Source: Collinsella sp.
GTDB lineage: Bacteria > Actinomycetota > Coriobacteriia > Coriobacteriales > Coriobacteriaceae
DNA: 64,000 bases
Assembly (NCBI GenBank): GCA_014871655.1
Contig: WGSK01000006.1
Coordinates: forward strand, 882-64,881
Reading direction: 5' to 3'
Made by a program: the position numbers and the translations under genes. Positions within the stretch are counted from its first letter, which is position 1. Each line of letters opens with the position of its first letter. Of this stretch, positions 46,421 through 54,567 are shown one piece after another. Below the pieces are notes generated by a model, which did no database searches, was not told the origin of the DNA, and was given only the letters and a program-made list of their open reading frames with translations.

Positions 46421-48184
46421 ATGGCAGATTCCACTACCGATTATAACAATCTAGATCCCTTGGGTGACGAGGCGGCGGTTGTCGACGAGGTCGATGCCGC
46501 CGTCTCGGGCGCTCGCAAGAAGCCTCGCGCTGTCGATATGGTGCCCGAGGAGCCCGATGCGATGGCACCGGACGAGGAATACCAGCTCACGCCGGCGGGT
46601 CGTCGCGAACGCATCGGGCAGATTGTTCGCTTGGTCAAAAAGTACCGTGTGTGGGATAACCTCACGCCGGTTCGCTTGCGCCGCCTGCTCGAGGAGCTCG
46701 GCCCCATGTTCGTCAAGATGGGGCAGATTCTGGCCAACCGGTCCGAGATTCTGCCGCAGCGCTTTTGCGATGAGCTGCGCCGTCTGCGTTCCGACGTGGA
46801 GCCGGTGCCCTACGAGGTAGTGCTCCGCTGCTTGGAAGAGGAATACGGCCTGCGCCTGGGGGAGATGTTCGATGCGATCGACCCCAATCCGCTTGGTAGC
46901 GCATCGCTCGCGCAGGTGCACCGCGCCCGCCTGGTGACCGGCGAGGACGTGGCCGTTAAGGTGCAGCGCCCCGGTGCGCAGCAGGTTATGGCACAGGACA
47001 TCGATATCATCCGCTCGGTGGTGCGTATCGTTTCCAAGTTCGTCAACACCGATCAATTCGTTGATCTGCACGGCGTAGTCGAGGAGTTGTGGACCTCGTT
47101 TCGCGAGGAGACCAACTTTTTGGCCGAGGCCAAAAACCTCAACGACTTCTACGAGTTCCATAAGAGCGTTCATGGCGTGACGTGCCCTAAATCCTATCTG
47201 GACCTGTGCACCGAGCACGTGGTGGTTATGGACTACGTCGACGGCATTTCGATCGCCGATCCCGAACGCTTGGTGGCCGAGGGCTATGACTTGGAAAAGA
47301 TCGGTGCCGCGATTGTCGAGGACTACTCTACGCAGATGCTCGATGACGGTTTTTTCCATGCCGACCCGCATGCGGGAAACATCATCCTCAAGGACGGCAT
47401 TGTCTACTTTATCGACTTGGGCATGGTCGGACGCATGTCGAGCCACGATCGCGGTATCGTCAAGGACATGATTTTCGCCGTGGCCGAGGTTGACGTGCCC
47501 AAGCTCAAGGATTCGCTCATGCGCTTCGCCGTGACGCGTGGCGACTCGGCTGAGCTCGATCATTCGGCCTTTTTGTCCGATCTTGACTTTATCGTGGCTG
47601 ACTTTGCGGGCCTTGACCTGAAGGATCTGGATATCGGCGAGTTTTTGACCTCGCTGCTAAACTTGGCGCGCAAAAACGACGTTGAGCTGCCGAGCGTGGT
47701 GACAATGTTCGCGCGCGGCATGGTGACGCTCGAGGGTCTGCTGACCGAGTACATGCCCAACGTCAACATGATCCAGATCATCCAGACGCACATCAAAAAC
47801 GAGAAGAGCACTTATGCGCGCGTGCGCGACATGGGGCGCGATCTTGCCGCGAGCAGCTATCGCGCGGCGAAGGGCTCGCTCGAGGCGGCCGAGTATCTGG
47901 GCCTGGCTTCGCGCATGCTCACGCGCGGTCAGCTTAAGGTGAACACGCAGATCATGAGCAGCGATAAGGCGCTGCGACAGCTGGGCGGAATTATCGACCG
48001 CATGTCGATGGCTATCGTTATCGCTGGCCTGTTTATCGGTTCGTCGGTGGTGTACTACGCGCGCATCGAGCCGGTTGTGTTCGGTATCCCAGTCATTGGC
48101 TTTATGGGCTACGTGAGCGCGCTGGTGCTGGCGCTTATGCTGGGTCGCAATATCTGGCTCAACAGCCACGGCGGCAAGCACTAG
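46421..48184 (+). CDS. AarF/UbiB (ABC1) family atypical kinase
   Basis: LGPMFVKMGQ, SASLAQVH, VAVKVQRP, FFHADPHAGN, IDLGM; two C-terminal TMs. Confidence 0.92.
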   Translation: MADSTTDYNNLDPLGDEAAVVDEVDAAVSGARKKPRAVDMVPEEPDAMAPDEEYQLTPAGRRERIGQIVRLVKKYRVWDNLTPVRLRRLLEELGPMFVKMGQILANRSEILPQRFCDELRRLRSDVEPVPYEVVLRCLEEEYGLRLGEMFDAIDPNPLGSASLAQVHRARLVTGEDVAVKVQRPGAQQVMAQDIDIIRSVVRIVSKFVNTDQFVDLHGVVEELWTSFREETNFLAEAKNLNDFYEFHKSVHGVTCPKSYLDLCTEHVVVMDYVDGISIADPERLVAEGYDLEKIGAAIVEDYSTQMLDDGFFHADPHAGNIILKDGIVYFIDLGMVGRMSSHDRGIVKDMIFAVAEVDVPKLKDSLMRFAVTRGDSAELDHSAFLSDLDFIVADFAGLDLKDLDIGEFLTSLLNLARKNDVELPSVVTMFARGMVTLEGLLTEYMPNVNMIQIIQTHIKNEKSTYARVRDMGRDLAASSYRAAKGSLEAAEYLGLASRMLTRGQLKVNTQIMSSDKALRQLGGIIDRMSMAIVIAGLFIGSSVVYYARIEPVVFGIPVIGFMGYVSALVLALMLGRNIWLNSHGGKH

Positions 48185-48299
48185 AGGCTGTGACCGTCAC
48201 CACATTCTCCTATCGCAAACAATAGCTTTTACCTTGGGCTTCGCCTGCGTGCGAGGCCCTTTTGCGTGATAGCATATTGACGGTTTTAATCGATGGCCT

Positions 48300-48472
48300 A
48301 GATGGTGGTGCGGAGACGCACGAATGCGCGGTTTTCCTGCGCGTTTGGGAGAATCGGGGTGCAAGTCCCCAGCTGTACCAGTAACCGTGATTCCTCTTGG
48401 CTCGGGATGTTCGCGTCGCAGATCGGACGGCGCGCCCGAGTCGTTAAGGTTAAGTCGGATCGCCTCCCATCT
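48300..48472 (+). ncRNA. Cobalamin (B12) riboswitch
   Basis: GGGAGAATCGGGGTGCAAGTCCCC, CTGTACCAGTAACCGTGA and B12-box-like AAGTCGGATCGCCTCCC; P1 AGATGG/CCATCT; extended -10 TGATAGCAT upstream. Confidence 0.8.
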
Positions 48473-48615
48473 TGCATGCGGCTGCGGCGTATGCCGCCGG
48501 TGTGCATAGGGCTCTGGAGGGAAGGGGGACCCCGATGGGGGAACTCGAGCGCAACATGCGCGATGACGTGGGGCAGCTTCAAGGCAACGCTCCAAGTACA
48601 GACAGTAGGAGACAA

Positions 48616-51600
48616 ATGGATATGTTTGAGGACGAGTGCCAGCGTGCCTCGCTTCGTCGCCGTGGCGTAATCGCGCGCGGCGTGGCAAAGCGCTGCCTGG
48701 TGGCATTCCTGGCCTTCGCGATGGCCTTTGGCACCACGCCGGTTCAGCTGTGGGCCGAGGGTGCCGAGGGCATTACCGACGCTGTGGCTCAGGCTACGAC
48801 GCCAGGCGAGGACGCAGCGCTTGCGGGCGGTACCGCTGAGCAGAGCGGCGCCGAGGTTTCGGATTCCGGGAGCGCGCCTGCAGCTAGTGCCGCCACTACA
48901 GAGGCAGCAACTGGCGACGAAGGCTCGGCGACGGGGGAGAGCCCTGCCACGAGCGAGCAGTCTTCGACGGCATCCGCTGGCCAAGCAGGATCTGCCGCCG
49001 CGGCTGCCGTCCAGACAGAGAACCCGACAGAAACTGGCGATGTCGTCAAGAAGCAAATCGAGGTCTCGTTCTCGATTATCGGCACCGATGCCGACGGCAA
49101 GGCTCAGACCTGGGTGGCGCCTACGCAGCTCAAGCTCGACGAGGGCGCGACGGCTGCGGATGCCTTCATTAAGCTGCAGGAGAAGACGGGCTTCAAGGCG
49201 AAGTACGATCCGAACACGGCATACGGTTTCTACCTCGAAAGCATCACCTCCCCGAGCGATGGCCGCACGCTTGCCTACGATCCGACGACTCATGCCTACT
49301 GGCAGCTGTTCGTCGACGGCGCGTCTTCCTCGGTTGGCGCGAGCAGCGTCAAACTCACCCAGGGGCAGAAGATTGAGTTTGCCTATACGGCTGGTAGCGC
49401 GTCCCCTGTCGTTAAGGACCAGCTTGCTGCGAATGTGACCGTCATTGGTCGCGATGCCCAGGGCAAGACTCAGACCTGGGTCGACAACGCGCAGTATGTG
49501 GTGACGTCCGGTTCGAGCGCGCTTGATCTTACGAAGGTCGCGCTTGAGGCGAATGATATTGACGCCGTTGCTGCGGGCTCCTTCATTCTGAGCCTTAAGT
49601 ACAACGGTGTTGAGCTGGGTACGCCCCAAGATTATTCGACCTATTGGCAGCTGTTTATCAACGGCAAGTCGAGTGACTATACGGCGGACAGTGTCACCAT
49701 CCATGCTGGCGATACCGTCACGTGGTTCTACGGTGGCTGGGGAGACCAGTTGCCGTCCGATTCTGTCCATGCTTCCGTTCAGGTGCTTGGCAAGGACAAG
49801 GACGGCAAGCAGCAGGTTTGGGCTTCGACGGGCCAGACGAGTCTCAAGGCGGGCTCTACTGCTAAGGACCTGTTGGAGCAGACTGGTCTTAAACTCAAAG
49901 CTACAGAAGAGTCTTGGGGTTGGTACCTTAGGGGCATTACCTCGCCGCTTGACGGTAAGACCTATTGTGGCTCTGATGCTGCGACCAATAGCTATTGGCG
50001 CTTCTACGTAAAGGGCAAGTCCGACGCAAAGTACAAGTTCGCCGACGTTGGCGCTGGTGCCTACGAGCTCCATGAGGGTGACGCCGTCACCTTTATGTAT
50101 GCTGGCGACAGCGATGCCCTCCCTGGTCAGGTGCTTGGATCCGCCGATATCATCGGCCCCGATGTCAACGGCAACAATACTCGCTGGGGCTCGGCAAGCA
50201 ATGTTTCCCTGCCCGAAGGCTCTACGGCTCAGGACCTTATTGAGACGGTTCTGAAGGCGAAGGGCATTGATTACAAGGCCTCCCAGAGTGGTGCATACTG
50301 GTCCATTACTTCGCCGTTCGAAGACAAGTCTTACGGCTATGATGGTGCGACCGGTAAATACTGGCATCTGTATATCAACGGAGAGTCCTCATCTCTCTGT
50401 GCCAACCAGGTCACGCTCAAGAGCGGCGACAAGGTTACATTTGCCTACACCACCGAAAAATCGCCCATGCCCGATCCCGACAAGATTGTCGTGGACCCGA
50501 GTGCGACGACTCCTAATTGGGATGCCGAGTGGGCCGGCTACGGCAACAGTGGCAACGGTTCGACCGTAACGGATGCCAAGACGCCTGCGCAGGCCGCCGG
50601 TCTTAAGTGGGCCTTCGATTGGAAGGCCGAGTCTGGCCAGCAGTATGCCAACTGCAGCGAGCCTGTCATCGCTAACGGCTTTGTGTACATCGCGACCGAG
50701 AACGAGCTCATTAAGATCGATTCGTCCACGGGCAAAAAGGTTGCCTCTGCGCCGCTTGCCTCCAAGGCGAGTTATACCTCTCGTCCGATCTACACCAATG
50801 GCCTTATCATCGTTCCGCTCAACGGCGGTGCGGTCCAGGCGATTACTGCAGACAAGCTGATCTGCAAGTGGCTGACGCCCGGTTTGACGGACTTGACGCA
50901 GAGCTCCTGCACCGTCGTTTCGGACGGCGAGTGCGTCTATGTTGGTACGGTCGATATTTCGCATGATGAGAACTACAACGCGACCTACGGCAACGGCTCC
51001 TTTATGCGCATTAAGATTGCCACGGGCGAAGTTTCTTGGCAGAACATCGACCCTGCCGAGGGCTATTACTGGACTGGTGCGGCTTTGACGGATAAGTATG
51101 CCATCGTTCCTACGAGCGCGGGTACGCTTAAGTGCATTGATAAGACGACGGGCGATGTCGTTTCGACCATGAAGCTCGGCGCTCTCGCGAACGCCGACTG
51201 TGTCGCCGATCCGTCCAATGGTTCGACCTTCTATCAGATGACGCACGATGGAAAGCTCCATGTGATTTCGCTTTCGGCGAAGGGCGTACTGAGCGAGCAG
51301 AAGACGGTCGACCTGGGTCTTACGAATAACATGAGCGCCCCGGCGGTGGCTGGCGAAAACTTGATTGTCGGCGGACAGACGGCTACTGGCTCTGCTCTGG
51401 CTCTCTATAATCTGAAGACCGGTAAGACCACGATGGTCACCGCTGCTGACGGTAAAGAACTTCCGGCCGGATTTAACGGTATTGCTGCTACTCCGTTGGT
51501 GAGTGTTCAGGGCGGCAAGACCTATGTGTACTTCACCGTTAACAGCGCGGATAGCAAGGATTACGTCAACTACTCTGCTGGTGGTGGCGTGTATCGCTAT

Positions 51601-52431
51601 ACGCTCGGCGATGCAGAGGCGACGCAGATTTATGATGCGGCTGGCCATTACCAGCACTGCGACTCCCCGGTCATTGCCGATGCATCTGGCAACCTGTACT
51701 ACATCAATGACTCGGGCACGCTGTTCAAGCTTGGGGCCGTTGAGTCTTGGACGGTTGCCTTTAATTCCAATGGCGGGTCTGCTTGCGACACTAAGTTTGT
51801 TGCTACGGTCGATGGCAAGCTGGTCAAGCCGGCCGATCCGACGCGCGATGGCTACACTTTCGGCGGTTGGTATACCGATGAGGCTTGCACGCAGGCGTAT
51901 GACTTCAGTACGCCGGTAACGGCCGATCTGACGCTGTATGCCAAGTGGACCAAGAATGCCGTTAACCCTGGCGGTAATGGCGGTTCTGGCACTAATGGTG
52001 GCAACGGTGGCGCTGGCAACGGTTCCGGTGCTGGCGCTGGCACTGGCACGGGCTCCGGCTCCGGCACGAAGGGCCAGCAGGCTGGCGGCGCTGTCGCCCC
52101 GGGCCAGAAGCCGGTGACCAAGACGACGGTGTCGACCAAGACTGAGACCAGGGACAACAAGTCCGACAAGAAGGACTCCGATAAGTCCGATAAGAAGGAC
52201 GAGAAGAAGTCTGACAAGAAGTCTGACAGGAAGGACGGCAAGTCCGACAAGAAGTCCGATACGGGTGCTGTTTCCACGACCACTGCTAAGAAGTCCTCTA
52301 GTGCTTCCGAGCAGGAGACTGGCACCAATCCGCTCGCCATCGTTGGCATCGCCGCCGGCGTGATTGGCCTCGCGCTCATCGCCGTCTTCGTGCTGACCAA
52401 GCGCGGCAAGGGTGACGGTAATGCCCGATAA
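48616..52431 (+). CDS. Large surface protein: 4 DUF4430-like domains, PQQ-type beta-propeller, InlB B-repeat, C-terminal membrane anchor
   Basis: AGGAG SD; signal peptide; four repeats ending YW(Q/R/H)(L/F)(F/Y)(V/I)xG..G(D/Q)x(V/I)xxxY; SEPVIANGFVY/SSCTVV/SAPAV/ATPLV/DSPVI blades; PADPTRDGYTFGGWY..LYAKW; TM plus KRGK. Confidence 0.85.
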   Translation: MDMFEDECQRASLRRRGVIARGVAKRCLVAFLAFAMAFGTTPVQLWAEGAEGITDAVAQATTPGEDAALAGGTAEQSGAEVSDSGSAPAASAATTEAATGDEGSATGESPATSEQSSTASAGQAGSAAAAAVQTENPTETGDVVKKQIEVSFSIIGTDADGKAQTWVAPTQLKLDEGATAADAFIKLQEKTGFKAKYDPNTAYGFYLESITSPSDGRTLAYDPTTHAYWQLFVDGASSSVGASSVKLTQGQKIEFAYTAGSASPVVKDQLAANVTVIGRDAQGKTQTWVDNAQYVVTSGSSALDLTKVALEANDIDAVAAGSFILSLKYNGVELGTPQDYSTYWQLFINGKSSDYTADSVTIHAGDTVTWFYGGWGDQLPSDSVHASVQVLGKDKDGKQQVWASTGQTSLKAGSTAKDLLEQTGLKLKATEESWGWYLRGITSPLDGKTYCGSDAATNSYWRFYVKGKSDAKYKFADVGAGAYELHEGDAVTFMYAGDSDALPGQVLGSADIIGPDVNGNNTRWGSASNVSLPEGSTAQDLIETVLKAKGIDYKASQSGAYWSITSPFEDKSYGYDGATGKYWHLYINGESSSLCANQVTLKSGDKVTFAYTTEKSPMPDPDKIVVDPSATTPNWDAEWAGYGNSGNGSTVTDAKTPAQAAGLKWAFDWKAESGQQYANCSEPVIANGFVYIATENELIKIDSSTGKKVASAPLASKASYTSRPIYTNGLIIVPLNGGAVQAITADKLICKWLTPGLTDLTQSSCTVVSDGECVYVGTVDISHDENYNATYGNGSFMRIKIATGEVSWQNIDPAEGYYWTGAALTDKYAIVPTSAGTLKCIDKTTGDVVSTMKLGALANADCVADPSNGSTFYQMTHDGKLHVISLSAKGVLSEQKTVDLGLTNNMSAPAVAGENLIVGGQTATGSALALYNLKTGKTTMVTAADGKELPAGFNGIAATPLVSVQGGKTYVYFTVNSADSKDYVNYSAGGGVYRYTLGDAEATQIYDAAGHYQHCDSPVIADASGNLYYINDSGTLFKLGAVESWTVAFNSNGGSACDTKFVATVDGKLVKPADPTRDGYTFGGWYTDEACTQAYDFSTPVTADLTLYAKWTKNAVNPGGNGGSGTNGGNGGAGNGSGAGAGTGTGSGSGTKGQQAGGAVAPGQKPVTKTTVSTKTETRDNKSDKKDSDKSDKKDEKKSDKKSDRKDGKSDKKSDTGAVSTTTAKKSSSASEQETGTNPLAIVGIAAGVIGLALIAVFVLTKRGKGDGNAR
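52150..52260 (+). repeat. Low-complexity K-S-D-K coding repeat
   Basis: Repeated AAGTC(C/T)GA(C/T)AAG units. Confidence 0.7.
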
Positions 52432-53308
52432 GCCCAAGGAGACCAGCGGGCAACAGCCCGACTCCTCGTTTATCCAGCTCGATGATCAAAAGCAAAAGGG
52501 CGCCGCTTCGGCGGCGTCCACCTCTCGTCGCAAGGCGCTCCTCGGCGTTCTGACTGCTGCATGCACCATTCTGATCGTCGTCTCGCTGGGTTTCGTCCAT
52601 CCTTCCACAAGCGGTGCCTGGTCCATCGACTGGATCATTCAGTCCGTGACGGGGGAGAGCGTCGTTTCCAAGGATGACAATGGGTCTGGCTCGTCTACCG
52701 CTTCGGGCGAGGCCAGTTCCAAGGATTCCAAATCTTCGGATGCTGCAAAAGATGAGTCCAAGGGCTCGAACGACGCCAAAGATGATTCCGAGTCTTCAAA
52801 CAAGGAATCGGATAAAAGCTCGGATAGCAAGAAGTCCGATGGTCAGGACGGCAAGAAGTCTGGCGATAAATCCGCTGCCCAAAATACGGGAGTCGGCGAT
52901 ACTTCCAATGCGTCTGGCGGTGGCCAGTCGTCTGATGGAGCCTCATCCTCTAATGGTGGAAACGCCTCCTCGGGCGGCCAGAGCGGCTCGCAGGAGTCCA
53001 GCTACATAACAGTGACGGTTTCGGTCACATCGAGCGCTGTGGGCAATCCTGTGTCTTCTGGTGGCACCTTTACCTTTAACGAAGGCGCTACCGTCTACGA
53101 TGCCCTGTGCGCGCTGGGCCTTTCTGTCAACGCACATGGCTCGTCGTACGGCACGTATGTCTCCGCGATTGGTGGTTTGGCCGAGAAACAGTACGGCGGC
53201 ACGAGCGGCTGGATGTACTCCGTCAACGGCACAACGCCCATGACGGCCTGCAGCAACTACGTTCTCTCCAACGGCGACAACGTGGTCTGGTATTACGTTA
53301 CAGGCTAG
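52421..53308 (+). CDS. Membrane-anchored DUF4430 domain protein
   Basis: N-terminal TM, Ser/Lys/Asp linker, C-terminal GATVYDAL, YVSAIGGLAE, SGWMYSVNG, GDNVVWYY; overlaps the upstream stop by 11 nt. Confidence 0.88.
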   Translation: MPDKPKETSGQQPDSSFIQLDDQKQKGAASAASTSRRKALLGVLTAACTILIVVSLGFVHPSTSGAWSIDWIIQSVTGESVVSKDDNGSGSSTASGEASSKDSKSSDAAKDESKGSNDAKDDSESSNKESDKSSDSKKSDGQDGKKSGDKSAAQNTGVGDTSNASGGGQSSDGASSSNGGNASSGGQSGSQESSYITVTVSVTSSAVGNPVSSGGTFTFNEGATVYDALCALGLSVNAHGSSYGTYVSAIGGLAEKQYGGTSGWMYSVNGTTPMTACSNYVLSNGDNVVWYYVTG

Positions 53309-53330
53309 AGGCTTCGACATAGCGCGCCAG

Positions 53331-53368
53331 ACGGGCGGTTCGGACAGACATCCGGGCCGCCCGTTTTT
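53331..53368 (+). terminator. Terminator of the B12-regulated unit
   Basis: ACGGGCGG...CCGCCCGT then TTTT. Confidence 0.8.
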
Positions 53369-53407
53369 CATGCGAATGGGATTGGGTCGCCGGGTCTCTC
53401 GGCAAAC

Positions 53408-53441
53408 AAAAAACCGGTTGGAATGGGAATTCCAACCGGTT
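53408..53441 (-). terminator. Terminator of gtrA-like gene
   Basis: AACCGGTTGGAAT/ATTCCAACCGGTT stem with an A-run on +. Confidence 0.8.
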
Positions 53442-53467
53442 ATACATTCAAGCAAATAGCGAATCGA

Positions 53468-53875
53468 CTACGACCGTGCGCCCTCGAGGAAGAAGCGGCG
53501 GCTGAAGTAGTTGTACCAGGTGACGAGGAACGTGGCGATGGCCTTCATGGCCTGGTAACCGATGCTCAAAAACGTGACGCCCACAAACATGTACAGGTCG
53601 TTGAGGCCCAGGCCGATCACCGACAGGATGGTGAAGATCGTGAACTCGCGCTTGCGGCTCATGCCTTCGCGGTGGTCGAACACGTACTTCATGCTGAGCC
53701 AGTAGTTGACCACGACGGACGTGGTAAACGAGACCGTGGTGCTCATCAAAAAGTCGAGGTGAAACAGCTCGACGAGCGCAATAAGCATACCCCAGTCGAT
53801 GCCAAAGGAGATAAGACCCACGACAGCGAACTTGAGGAACTGCTTGGTATGAGGTTGTGCCAGTGCCTTGCGCAC
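53468..53875 (-). CDS. GtrA family protein (paralog 1)
   Basis: QFLKFAVVG, NYWLSMKYVF, KAIAT..YNYFSRRFF; start uncertain. Confidence 0.88.
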   Translation of the reverse strand: MRKALAQPHTKQFLKFAVVGLISFGIDWGMLIALVELFHLDFLMSTTVSFTTSVVVNYWLSMKYVFDHREGMSRKREFTIFTILSVIGLGLNDLYMFVGVTFLSIGYQAMKAIATFLVTWYNYFSRRFFLEGARS

Positions 53876-54093
53876 GTAATCACATCCAATGCGTTGATGA
53901 ATCGAGCAGAGGATACTTTAGAGCTTTTGCAAGGGAAACGTAAGGTCCTTGCCAAGAACTATACGAACTCGCCAAATTTTCAAGAGCTAATCCGCAAACG
54001 TTGAAAATTTGCCCGTAAACGAGCAATGCCCACGAACAACACAGCGCTCGACGCGCGTCATCCGTGGGCATTGTAAAGCTGTAAGGTTGCGAG

Positions 54094-54489
54094 TTACTTG
54101 GTCTCGTCGCCTTCCAGGAAGATCTTTCGGGTCACAAAGTTGTAGACCATGACAAGCGCGGTGGCGCAAATCTTGGCGATATTGGCCTCGAGCCCCAGGC
54201 CGGCGTTGAGCGCCAGCACGATGCCGTCGTTGAGTCCCAAACCGATCACAGACAGCACGACAAAGATAATGAACTCGCGGCGGCGGCTCATGCCCTCCTT
54301 GTGCGCAAACACGTACTTCATGCTGGCGAGGTAGTTAAAGATGAGTGAGATGATAAAGCCGCTGGTGTTGGCGATTAGGATGTTGAGGCCCAGACCGTAG
54401 TGGAGCAGATTCATAATGCCAAAGTCGATGACCGTGGCAATGACGCCGACGACGCCAAACTTCATGATCTGCGCAAGGAGCTTTTGCAT
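54094..54489 (-). CDS. GtrA family protein (paralog 2)
   Basis: QIMKFGVVG, NYLASMKYVF, AKICAT..YNFVTRKIF. Confidence 0.88.
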   Translation of the reverse strand: MQKLLAQIMKFGVVGVIATVIDFGIMNLLHYGLGLNILIANTSGFIISLIFNYLASMKYVFAHKEGMSRRREFIIFVVLSVIGLGLNDGIVLALNAGLGLEANIAKICATALVMVYNFVTRKIFLEGDETK

Positions 54490-54567
54490 GGTACCTGCCT
54501 TATGGTGGCGCCGGGGCGCCGCGGGGATGACAAACTCAGCAAGTTTAGCCAATCCCCACGGGTGGTG

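Noticed and set aside
48472..48615. N-terminal extension of the surface protein in the ORF track
   Set aside because: Falls in the riboswitch expression platform; the AGGAG SD supports ATG 48616. Similar extensions were trimmed for fucO, fhs, the CDF, fchA, fbp and metG
52150..52260. CRISPR-like periodic repeats (also 31960-32052)
   Set aside because: In-frame low-complexity coding repeats with no unique spacers or cas genes
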